Source: Macrostomum hystrix
Lineage: Eukaryota > Animalia > Platyhelminthes
Length of the DNA stretch: 64,000 bases
Direction of reading: 5' to 3'
Assembly: GCA_950097015.1 (NCBI GenBank)
Contig: CATNEN010000025.1
Span: 3,224,001-3,288,000 of the forward strand
The position numbers and the translations under genes were made by a program. The notes below the pieces were generated by a model. It was not told where the DNA came from. It saw only the letters and a list, made by a program, of their open reading frames with translations, and made no database searches. Positions 1-12,000 of this stretch are shown one piece after another (the first letter of the stretch is position 1; every line of letters starts with the position of its first letter).

Positions 1-1763
1 GGGGAAAAATTGGGAATATTTTCCTGTCCTCAGTTCCTCTTAAATACTATATACTCGTAAATTAGCTGCACCAATTTTCCTTTCGCGAATTTACCTTTTC
101 CTAAACACTGTCTTTCCTGTTGCCCATTAATCTCTTCAATCTCTGACTTTGAATATCGACAATTTTTTTTTTAATTACAGGGAGTAGTACCCCTCCCTCT
201 GTATCTTCCTCACTTTCTCTCTCTCCCTGTTTCCTGGTCTCCCGTCTCCCCCGTCTCCCCCTCTCTCCTTCTTTCTCCCTTTCTCCCTCTCTACCTCTCT
301 ACCTCTCTCTATGTCTGCCTCTCTCTGTCTCCCACTCTCCCTCTCTCCCTCCCGCCCTCTCTCTCTGCCTCCTCTCTCTGTTTCTCTCTTTCTCCCACTT
401 TTCCACTCTCCCTCTGCCTATCTCTATCCATCTCCATCTCTCAGAGCCAATGTTATAATTAGCAGAATGTTTCTGACTTAACGCCGCAGATACTACTTCA
501 CTTGACAATCGATCAAGTAGTCAGCAGATGCGTGTCAAACATTCCGTTTTTGAAAGCGAAATTTTTACAAGAGTTTTTTTAAGCTTTTAATTTATTTGCA
601 CTAGTGCAATAAATTATTTATTTCACTTTTCATCGATGCAAATAAATTTACGATAACACAGAACTATAACACAACCATAAACAAACAGAATTAAAAACAG
701 AATCGCTAAAATCGCTAAAAATAAAATTGTTTGCCCGTTTCAAGTTAGGGATACATATCATATTCCCCACTCATTTAGTTGTCTAGGGCCAAAAGCACTC
801 GGTATCTCGCTCATTGACCGAGGCGAAGCCGAATTAATAAACCATTAATTCCCATGCTTTAAGGGGTATCAATTTTGTTGTACCATAGACGTTTTTGCCC
901 AAGCTATACTTTCAGAGTCAGAGACGGGGGTGTGGGGCAGAGCCCCCACTTCGGGGTGCCATAGACATTTTAGCCTCAGTAAGCCATTCCTATTTTTGAC
1001 TTATCTATGGCGGTCCCGAGAGAGAAGGTAGTGGCCCTGCGGGCCTTGAACGAGGTTCTGCAGCTCTTGGCCACCTTGGTGGGTGGAACCGCGACGAAGA
1101 CGTGGCTGCAGTTTGGTTCCCAAAGCCCTACACACTGGTCCTCGGCGCCTCCGCCAATGATTGACGCGTCAGAGACTCAACTGCCGCGCTTGCTTAACTC
1201 CGGTCAGGCTTTTGCTCTTACCTTGCCAGTTACAAATACCGCCTCGACCAGGAGTCACCTGCCACCTGCTCACACACACACACACTTATCTATGGCCGAA
1301 ATTAAGTAAAAAAGTGGGTCATAACTTATACTTCTACTTCCGCGAAATGCCAAAGAAAGCTATACAACCCGGTACGCAGCACTTAGTTGGCATTTTTTAT
1401 GATACTCGGTTAGCAAACAAACTACACTTTTATCGAAGTATGTAACGTCGATGGCTTTCATTCTTTTCCTCTAATCTATTAAGAAGCTCAGTTCGCTTCA
1501 CATACAAAATCGCCATCTAGTAGAGACTTTCTGCCATATAGAATGCTTTCAACGGGCCTTTAATAAAATTCCTACCAAGTTGAAGTTCTGCGTCCTGAGT
1601 TTTTTTAGTAGTCCTTGGTGAAGTCACACCTAATAGTTCTGTCTATGGATTTGAGGGTCGAAATGAGTGGAATTCGAGGTCTGCGAAGCAGCCCCTCTAA
1701 TCCTTAGACAGAGCTGTGTTGTCTCATAATTTCAAGGGCGCCACAAGCATGATCAAGCATGAT

Positions 1764-3444
1764 CCATAGACGAAAGTAGCGGGCACGGAATGCATTCCTG
1801 CCCGCGTCTAAATCATTCCTGCCCGGCACTTTAGTCTATGGAAAACTGAGATTTTACTCTATTTTTTAGGAAGCCGAGAGAATCAGTGGTCGGGACTGCC
1901 AATCCTGGACCTGAATGAGGTGGAGACATTTCTGACGGATCTACGGGATCCGGAAGTTTCGTATCGTGACTTGGATGTGCAAGAGCTAGAGGGCATCAAA
2001 CGGCTTGAGCAATGTCCAAGTCACCATCCACCGTAGCGACTACTAAGAATCACGTTGATCGGTTCAAGAAATTTATTCGAGAGAAAAACCTGCCTGACGA
2101 CATCGAGAGCATGCCATTGCGCTACTTAGACGGCTATCTTCGCCTATGGTATGTTAGTCTGCGAGCGAATCCTGCGCTTGGAACGAAGACCTATGCACCG
2201 GATACGATTCGTGGCTTTCGGGCAAGCATTCACCGATTTGTAAAGGAGACACGCGCCATTGATGTCATTGGCAACGAAGTATTCCGGCTGAGCAACGAAA
2301 CCTATTCGTGTGTTCTGCGCCTTAGTTGCCAGCTACGAGAGCGAACTTCGGGCGAACAGCCTGGATTCAGCGCGATCACGGATTCCGACATGGCCCTTCT
2401 GAAACAATATTTCACTCGACGGGATCCAGTGCGGTTTCAGGATGAAGTGTTTTTTAATATCGTCTACCATTTCGGATTTCGAGGTCGTGAATGGATTAGG
2501 GATATGAAGTTATCTTCACTGCAATTCTCTGTGGTCAATAATGTGAGGTGCATTGACATGATCCAAACTGGTCGGGAGAAGACTATCACTGCCGAAGACC
2601 GTGGCAAGTGCAGGACAAGCAAGCAGATAAGAATGTTCAGTATCCAAGGCCAGAATTGTCCAGTAGAAGCAGTGGACCTGTACGTGTCTAAGCTGCCACC
2701 AGTAACGGATGTTTTGTTTCCGAAGCCAATCAAGGTCAGGCCTGATTCGGCAGTATGGTATTCTCATAAGCAGGTTCTGGGAAAGAACACACTATTCGAT
2801 ATGATGAAGGGCATCTCAAAGCGCGCTGGTCTACAGTTCGAGTACAACAACCATTGCATTCGCGCAACAGTTGTTACTAACCTGACGGAAGCCGGACACA
2901 GCTTGCAGATCAAATCTGTGACAGGTACTAGCGTACGTAGTATTTATGTGTGTTTAATTGGCAGATTAATAAATATATTTTTTATGCGGCGACCATTTCA
3001 CAGGGCATCGGAGTGACGCGGCTGTTGTTCGCTATGTCAGCAGAATTTCTGAGAAGCGGAGGCAACAAATTTCCGAATCGCTTAGCGTCGCTCTGAATGC
3101 GGATTCTCTGTCGGATGGTGCCTCCTCATCAAAGCGAGCCACAATCGTTGTGCCGTCGACTGTAGCTACGCCATCGGTTAATGCAGACAAGACTACCGCG
3201 GTTCTTCAAAAGGATGGAGTGCGACTCAGCTTCTACTTTTAACATTGGATGGCTTAGTTGATGACGTATTACTCGTTAACTATGAATAACAACTAATGTT
3301 TCAACGTGTACTTTTGTATTGTTGATTAATATACTGTTAATTTGTTTCCGTTACAATATTCTACTCTTATTGAAGAATGCCATAGACTAAATTCGCGGGC
3401 AAACACTGACGATTCTAATGGCCGTGCGGCCCGCGAAATCATGG
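1764..3444 (+). mobile_element. Putative Crypton-like DNA transposon bounded by related palindromic ends
   Basis: The recombinase gene lies between palindrome 1764-1841 (CCATAGACgAAAGTagcGGGCA...TGCCCggcACTTTaGTCTATGG) and a related palindrome 3380-3444 (CCATAGACTAAATTCGCGGGC...GCCCGCGAAATCATGG). Element boundaries are inferred. Confidence 0.55.
2012..3242 (+). CDS. Crypton-type (DUF3504/CryptonA-like) tyrosine recombinase; exons 2012-2924 and 3004-3242
   Basis: ORF has HFGFRGRE (catalytic R) and LGKNTL...ISKRAGL...YNNHCIRAT (HxxR). A 79-nt GT-AG intron at 2925-3003 restores IKSVTG|HRSDAAVVRY (second H and catalytic Y). Stop TAA at 3240-3242. The true N-terminus may extend upstream through a frameshift. 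Confidence 0.9.
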
Positions 3445-3659
3445 GACAACAAGTTGTTTTGCTTTTCTATTAGTGAAGCCTTTCAGGCCCCCGGCTGCTA
3501 AAGTTGACTCAGCTGGTCTCGCATGAGCATAGCAACAGCTGAGCTCATACAGAATTGAGCTGCTAGCATAAAATGCGTCTAGTTCTACCGCGAGACCTGA
3601 AAATTAAATTTATTTCGTTTCTAGGAACCCGCAGCAGTTAACAAACTTCCTCTGAAGAC

Positions 3660-6600
3660 ATGAGTATACTCGTCACACCAATGCGATGTCTTAAAACTGT
3701 TCTGCTGTGTACAACCGCTGTCATCACATTTTACAGTGTAAGCATCGTTTACCTGACAAAATGGGCCTGACAACCGTCTCTAATCAGTCAAGTGACTTAT
3801 GACTTATCACATAATCAGCGAAAACAGTCAGGCAGTCAACCAACCAGTCTCAAAATCTACCAACCTGTCTCAAAATCTACCAACCTGTCTCAAAATCTAC
3901 CAACCTGTCTCAAAATCTACCAACCTGTCTCAAAATCTACGAACCTGTCCCAAAATCTACCAACCTGTCCCAAAATCTACCAACCTATCTCGAAATCTAC
4001 CAACCTGTCTGGAGATCTACCAACCTGTCTCAAAATCTACCAACCTGTCTCAAAATCTACCAACCTGTCTCAAAATCTACCAACCTGTCCCAAAATCTAC
4101 CAACCTGTCCCAAAATCTGCCAAACTATCTCGAAATCTACCAACCTGTCTGGAGATCTACCAACCTGTCTTAAAATCTACCAACCTGTCTCAAAATCTAC
4201 CAACCTGTCACAATCAACCAACCTGCTTAACCTGTCAAATGTTCCAACCTTAGTCAAGATCTTGAACAATATTCATAACTTGAAAGTTTGATGCACCTAT
4301 ATGTACCTAGAAACCAAGCAGCCTGAATGTATTCGCAGGTACGGCAGGTGTATCTCTACGAAGGCTACGCAGCTCGCAATATCCTGTCACCGATTGTCGC
4401 CTACATCAAAGCACCTCCGCGCATCACACCGAAAATGACGACAATTCCTCACCAGCTGCATTTCCTAGCCGACTCGGAACTGGTTCTAACTGGTTATCGC
4501 CAGACAATGGTCAGCTGCGCCGGCGTCAACTCTGATTGGACGGTATTCCTGTGGACCAGGGCGGATGTGGAATCTCTGTTGCTGGGCCGTCAGCTGGACT
4601 TGTTGCACTTTTACCAGTCTCTGGGCAGCGAGTCTGAAAGAATCGAGTTCGCCAAATTCATGGTGCTATATCATATTGGAGGTGGGTGCAAGAGTCGGTG
4701 TTTTTTGACACCCTGTAGCTTAGTCTGACACCCTGTAGCTTAGTCTGACACCCTGTAGCTTAGTATGATACCCTGTAGGTAAGTCTCACACCCTGTAGGA
4801 AATTCTCACACCCTGTAGGTTAGTCTGACACCTTGTAGGTTAGTCTTACACCCTGTAGCTTAGTGTAATACCCTTTAGGGTTAGTCTGACACGGTTAGTC
4901 TGACACCCTGTAGGTTAGTCTAATACCTTGTAAGTTAGTCTGAGACCTTGAAGCTTAGTTTAAAACCCTGTAGCTTAGTCTGACACCCTTTAGCATGCTT
5001 TGACACCCTGTATCCTAGGCTGACACCATCTGACTTTCTGGAACAGAGATTAGCACTAAAATAGTTTCTGTTGCCTAAAAGTCTAGTCTCACACCATAGA
5101 CACAAGGCAGGATGCCTCTATGATTCGATCGAATTCCTTAATCCAGTTCAAAATGCCTTGCATTCTGCAGGTGTCGTCCTTGAATCCGACTTTGAATGCC
5201 TGAAGTCTTTGTCCGGTCCAGCGAAGGCTGTTTTCGGGACAGCCTTCGTGGCCGAGGAGCGACTAGAGAATGTGTTGGTATACGACAACAGGCTTTTCCG
5301 CTTGTCCTCGGCGGTCCTGGGTTCGATTCCTGGTCACGGCTTTCTGGCTTTTATTGTCAACGTGATGCAGGGCAAGGCGCAGATTGACAGTACGTTGGAT
5401 GACTTCTGAGCAATGATCTGCTGCTAGAGCACTCGGACTGTAGGATAGAGCACTTGGACTGTAGGATAGAGCACTCGGACTGTAGGATAGAGCACTCGGA
5501 CTGTAGGATAGAGCACTCGGACTGTAGGATGAAACAGTCGGACTGTAGGATAGAGCACTCGGACTGTAGGATGAAACAGTCGGACTGTAGGATAGAGCAC
5601 TCGGACTGTAGGATGAAACAGTCGGACTGTAGGATAGAGCACTCGGACTGTAGGATGAAACAGTCGGACTGTAGGATAGAGCACTCGGACTGAAGGACAG
5701 TGCACTCGGACTGTAGGATAGAGCACTCGGACTGAAGGACAGTGCACTCGGACTGTAGGATAGTGCACTCGGACTGTAGGATAGTGCACTCGGACTGTAG
5801 GATAGTGCACTCGGACTGTAGGATAGAGCACTCGGACTGTAGGATGAAACAGTCGGACTGTAGGATAGAGCACTCGGACTGAAGGACAGTGCACTCGGAC
5901 TGTAGGATAGAGCACTCGGACTGAAGGACAGTGCACTCGGACTGTAGGATAGTGCACTCGGACTGTAGGATAGTGCACTCGGACTGTAGGATAGTGCACT
6001 CGGACTGTAGGATAGTGCACTCGGACTGTAGGATAGAGCACTCGGACTGTAGGACAGAGCACTCGGACTGTAGGATAGAGCACTCGGACTGTAGGATAGA
6101 GCACTCGGACTGTAGGATAGAGCACTCGGACTGTAGGATAGAGCACTCGGACTGTAGGATAGAGCACTCGGACTGTAGGATAGAGCACTCGGACTGAAGG
6201 ATAGAGCACTCGGACTGTAGGATATTTAGACTTGATTTCAAACCACAATGACCGTTTCCATTTATGCTCATGAAAAGACCTCAGATTGGACAAAGACTTC
6301 CTGAGCGACTGCTACAGGCACTGGCTGACTCTGGACAGCAACAGCAGCTCGCTAACTGTCCTGCCCTCGGAGGTGTTCTCACCGGATCTGCAGGATCCGG
6401 ACACAATGCGCCTACTTTGCGCTTACCATCGCGAGGCCAATCTCAGCCGAGTTTATCGTCTGCGAGAGCGAGGCTGCGCAATGCTTTCTAATGCAACTAA
6501 TGCAGTCAGCTTGTCGCGCCCAACGCTGATGCTAAACAGAGCATCGGACAGTTCGCTGGGCGCGCATCGGCATCTTCATCCGGCGAGGCTGGCGAACCTG

Positions 6601-6732
6601 CAGACTCTGCTGGCACGCGGCGAAAGCGGAGCAGCCGTCAGCAACGACACCATTGGCGGTCGCTTCAACGCGACCAAGTTGTTGAAAGCCAGGCGCTTCG
6701 CGAATCGACAGTCCAAACTACCTGACGAGTAG
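3660..6732 (+). CDS. Type II membrane DxD-family glycosyltransferase-like protein (Gly_transf_sug/OCH1-like); exons about 3660-3737, 4339-4681, 5171-5389, 6278-6732
   Basis: Exon 1 encodes a signal anchor (MSILVTPMRCLKTVLLCTTAVITFYS) followed by a gtaagc donor. Downstream: IPHQLHF, NSDWTVFLWT, LYHIGG|VVLESDFECL, AEERLE, GSIPGHGFL, LPSEVFSP. Splice phases are consistent; the last acceptor is the least certain. Confidence 0.8.
3840..4235. repeat. 20-bp minisatellite (CCAACCTGTCTCAAAATCTA), glycosyltransferase intron 1
   Basis: Tandem units read directly from the sequence. Confidence 0.95.
4708..5030. repeat. Degenerate 20-bp minisatellite (CTGACACCCTGTAGCTTAGT), glycosyltransferase intron 2
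   Basis: Tandem units visible, decaying toward the 3' end. Confidence 0.9.
5426..6223. repeat. 21-bp minisatellite (GAGCACTCGGACTGTAGGATA), glycosyltransferase intron 3
   Basis: Tandem units; source of the LQSECSI, HSDCRIE and PTVRVLY ORFs. Confidence 0.95.
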
Positions 6733-6760
6733 GCTGGGCGATCTGAGACGACTGGAAAGT

Positions 6761-7192
6761 CCACTGAATGATTCAGAAGGACCACTGAATGATTCAGAAG
6801 GACCACTGAATGATTCAGAAAGACCACTGAATGATTCAGAAGGACCACTGAATGATTCAGAAGGACCACTGAATGATTCAGAAGGACCACTGAAGGATTT
6901 ACAAGGATCACTGAAGGATTTAGAAGGATCACTGAAGGATTTAGAAGGATCACTAAAGGATTTAGAAGGATCACTAAAGGATTTAGAAGGATCACTGAAG
7001 GATTTAGAAGGATCACTGAATGATTCAGAAGGATCAATAAAGGATTTAGAAGGATCACTAAAGGATTTAGAAGGATCACTGAATGATTTAGAAGGATCAC
7101 TGACGGATTTAGAAGGATCATTAAAAGATTTAGAAGGATAACTGAAGGATTTAGAAGGATCACTGAAGGACTTCAAAGAACCCCTGAAGGAT
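6761..7192. repeat. 21-bp minisatellite (CACTGAA(T/G)GATT(C/T)AGAAGGA(C/T)) just after the glycosyltransferase stop codon
   Basis: Tandem units with a gradient of variants along the array. Confidence 0.95.
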
Positions 7193-7599
7193 GAACAATA
7201 GCTACTAATAGCTATAGCTTCAATAGCTACTAATAAAGTAGTATGAAATGCGAAGTTATCTATGGGCTGTACCTCGTAGTAATATTAAATCATTTTTTTG
7301 CAGTCGACAAAAATTTATATAAAATGAGGGTAATTGTAAAACTACGAGTACTTAGTTGTAAAACAAGAGTTTTTGTAGTAACAAAATCAGTTGCTGCTTT
7401 TACAAAAAGTGAATATGCTTTATTGCAGTGCTAACAGGCACATATTCTAAAATACAGCTCAGTAACCAGGGCGTTTTCATTTTTTAACTGATTGTAAAGC
7501 CTTAAAAACCTATGTGAGCTGCTGTGTGCTGTATAGATGACAAATTAGGAACTATTGTTTACGAATGGTATTGCAGGAGGGTAGGACAGACGGTGGGAG

Positions 7600-8000
7600 T
7601 AGGTAACACAGAAAGTGGGATTAGGGTGAGACAGGAGATGGGAGGAGGGAAAGACAGGGAATGGGAGGAGGGTAAGAAAGGGAATGGGAGGAGGGTAAGA
7701 CGGAATGGGAGGAGGGTAAGACAGGGAATGGGAGGAGGGTAAGACAGAATGGGAGGAGGGTAAGACAGAATGGGAGGAGGGTGAGATGGGGAATGTGAGG
7801 AGTGTAAGACAGTGAATGGGAGGAGGGTGAGATGGGGAATGTGAGGAGGGTAAGACAGTGAATGGGAGGAGGGTGAGATGGGGAATGTGAGGAGGGTAAG
7901 ACAGTGAATGGGAGGAGGGTGAGATGGGGAATGTGAGGAGGGTAAGACAGTGAATGGGAGGAGAGTAAGATGGGGAATGTGAGGAGAGGGAAGACATGGG
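7600..8000. repeat. Purine-rich composite repeat (GGGAGGAGGGTAAGACAG / GAGATGGGGAATGT)
   Basis: Repeated GA-rich units. Confidence 0.85.
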
Positions 8001-9094
8001 ATGAGTCGAGACCAGGATTGGAAAAGTTTGGAGACAGGACAAATCATTGAGCAATTTGGTTCTCTAAAATGAATTCAAATTTGTCATATACGAGCGTAAT
8101 TGTGGCTCAAAATGATCACTCTATTGGCTGAAATCACTGGTCTTAAACTGCTCTAGAATTTAGCTACAGTGGTACACTTAATGCGGCCCATTAAGAATGA
8201 GTGCAGACAATCGTGCCGCATCCACTGCCGCATTATCTTGAGCAGTCTTCTTCTCTTTTATCTGTGATTTTTAGCTGCTGCCGCTGCTGCTTCCTCGGCT
8301 CGGTCACAGGTCGGCCTCTGCCCATGAGCCTCCTTATCTAATTCGACGCAGTATGTTGGGGGCAATGAGCCCCCTAGACTCTAATCTAACTCGGATTTTG
8401 CTGACAGGAAAGGAACCGCCAAGGCAATATATGACACGGTAATGCTTCGAGTCAATTGTTTGACTTTGCTTGCCTTTGCTGGCTTCCTTATCGCTATAGG
8501 GAGGCAGGTAGTGAGTAGGGTCCGTATTTGCTCAGAAGTATATGGATAGCATTGATTTAGCAATAGGTGCCAAGCCAATATTGTGGGGGGATAAGGGTCG
8601 GCTTCCCACAGTGCTTGTACGGCCTTATCTCTCACGAGTCCGGCCCTAACGGCCACCTGGGCCATTGTGGCTTATCAAATCTACCACTAACCAGTTGGAG
8701 GAAGGTAGTTATAGTGACTCAGACTTGTGAGCCTTATCTTATCCGCGGAGGGTCCCACTTCGGCTGAGTTCTACATAAATACCAGCCGCCAGTTCGGGGG
8801 GCTGAAATCTCGAATGTGGAAGGAACCGGCAGCACACGCAGACACTGACTTCAAATCGAAGCGGACAATTATGTGTAAGTGGATTGAATTTGTCAAACTG
8901 TCGCTTTATTAGACAATGTGAAATGACTTGTGAGCTCAGTGGAGAGAGTTGTATCTCGTCCTGTTATTAATCTGCGCAGAAAACTGCACAATGGCTTTCA
9001 AGCGCTTGAAAGATGAGATTCAACTCCTCCAACTGCCCTTAGCAAGATCGATCAGCACCTAAGTAGCCTGTGCCCACGTACACTCCAGAACTTC

Positions 9095-12000
9095 CACAGA
9101 CATCTTCCACAAATATCTTCTTAGAAAACCCAATACCTCCACAGACACTCTAATATCTCCACAGACACTCTAATATCTCCACAGACACTCTAATATCTTC
9201 TTAGAAAACCCAATACCTCCACAGACACTAATATCTCCACAGACACTAATATCTCCACAGACACTCTATTATCTCCACAGACACTCTAATATCTCCACAG
9301 ACACTCTAATATCTTCTTAGAAAACCCAATACCTCCACAGACACTCTAATATCTTCTTAGAAAACCCAATACCTCCACAGACACTCTAATATCTCCACAG
9401 ACACTCTAATATCTTCTTAGAAAACCCAATACCTCCACAGACACTCTAATATCTTCTTAGAAAACCCAATACCTCCACAGACACTCTAATATCTCCACAG
9501 ACACTCTAATATATCCACAGACACTCTAATATCTCCACAGACACTCTCATATCTCCACAGACACTCTAATATCTTCTTAGAAAACCCAATACCTCCACAG
9601 ACACTCTAATATCTCCACAGACACTAATATCTCCACAGACACTAATATCTCCACAGACACTCTATTATCTCCACAGACACTCTAATATCTCCACAGACAC
9701 TCTAATATCTTCTTAGAAAACCCAATACCTCCACAGACACTCTAATATCTCCACAGACACTCTAATATCTTCTTAGAAAACCCAATACCTCCACAGACAC
9801 TCTAATATCTCCACAGACACTCCAAAAGAATCCACAGACTCTAATATCTTCCAAGACCTCGAATATCTTCAAAGACACTCGAATATCTTCAAAGACACTC
9901 GAATATCTTCCAAGACCTCGAATATCTTCAAAGACACTCGAATATCATCCAAGAAACTCGAATATCTCCACAGACACCCCAGTACCTCCACATACACTCG
10001 AATACCTCTACAGACACTCCAATACCTCTACAAACACTCCAATATCTCCACAAACACTCCAATATCTCCACAGACACTCCAATATCTCCACAGACACTCC
10101 AATATCTCCACAGACACTCCAATATCCCCACAAACACTCCAATAACTCCACAGACACTCCAATATCTCCACAGACACTCTAATATCTCCACAGACACTCT
10201 AATATCTCCACAGACACTCAAATACCTCCACAGACACTCTAATATCTCCACAGACACTCCAAAAGAATCCACAGACTCTAATATCTTCCAAGACCTCGAA
10301 TATCTTCCAAGACACTCGAATATCTTCAAAGACACTCGAATATCTTCCAAGACCTCGAATATCTTCAAAGACACTCGAATATCATCCAAGAAACTCGAAT
10401 ATCTCCACAGACACCCCAGTACCTCCACATACACTCGAATACCTCTACAGACACTCCAATACCTCCACAAACACTCCAATATCTCCACAAACACTCCAAT
10501 ATCTCCACAAACACTCCAATAACTCCACAGACACTCCAATATCTCCACAAACACTCCAATACCTCCACAGACACTCCAATATCTCCACAAACACTCCAAT
10601 ATCTCCACAAACACTCCAATACCTCCACAGACACTCCAATATCTCCACAAACACTCCAATATCTCCACAAACACTCCAATAACTCCACAGACACTCCAAT
10701 ATCTCCACAAACACTCCAATATCTCCACAAACACTCCAATATCTCCACAAACACTCCAATACCTCCACAGACACTCCAATACCTCCACAAACACTCCAAT
10801 ATCTCCACAAACACTCCAATATCTCCACAAACACTCCAATATCTCCACAGACACTCCAATACCTCCACAGACACTCAAAATATCTCCACAAACACTCCAA
10901 TATCTCCACAAACACTCCAATAACTCCACAGACACTCCAATATCTCCACAAACACTCCAGTAACTCCACAGACACTCCAATATCTCCACAGACACTCCAA
11001 TATCTCCACAAACACTCCAATAACTCCACAGACACTCCAATATCTCCACAGACACTCCAATATCTCCACAAACACTCCAATAACTCCACAGACACTCCAA
11101 TATCTCCACAAACACTCCAATACCTCCACAGACACTCCAATATCTCCACAAACACTCCAATACCTCCACAGACACTCCAATATCTCCACAAACACTCCAA
11201 TATCTCCACAAACACTCCAATAACTCCACAGACACTCCAATACCTCTACAAACACTCCAATATCTCCACAAACCCTCCAATATCTCCACAGACACTCCAA
11301 TATCTCCACAGACACTCCAATATCTCCACAGACACTCCAATATCCCCACAAACACTCCAATAACTCCACAGACACTCCAATATCTCCACAGACACTCTAA
11401 TATCTCCACAGACACTCTAATATCTCCACAGACACTCAAATACCTCCACAGACACTCTAATATCTCCACAGACACTCCAAAAGAATCCACAGACTCTAAT
11501 ATCTTCCAAGACCTCGAATATCTTCCAAGACACTCGAATATCTTCAAAGACACTCGAATATCTTCCAAGACCTCGAATATCTTCAAAGACACTCGAATAT
11601 CATCCAAGAAACTCGAATATCTCCACAGACACCCCAGTACCTCCACATACACTCGAATACCTCTACAGACACTCCAATACCTCCACAAACACTCCAATAT
11701 CTCCACAAACACTCCAATATCTCCACAAACACTCCAATATCTCCACAAACACTCCAATACCTCCACAGACACTCCAATACCTCCACAAACACTCCAATAT
11801 CTCCACAAACACTCCAATATCTCCACAAACACTCCAATATCTCCACAGACACTCCAATACCTCCACAGACACTCCAATATCTCCACAAACACTCCAATAT
11901 CTCCACAAACACTCCAATAACTCCACAGACACTCCAATATCTCCACAAACACTCCAGTAACTCCACAGACACTCCAATACCTCCACAGACACTCCAATAT

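Noticed and set aside
3402-3440. CTGACGA...GAAA resembling another hammerhead core
   Set aside because: No G-C closing pair after CTGACGA and no stem I or stem III; better explained as part of the recombinase-flanking palindrome.
5357-6293. LQSECSI, PTVRVLY and HSDCRIE repeat ORFs
   Set aside because: A 21-bp array lying inside an intron of the glycosyltransferase gene.
8100-9060. Unique region with short ORFs, possibly retroelement debris (similarly 14410-14880 and 49440-50440)
   Set aside because: No recognisable motif or consistent splice structure.
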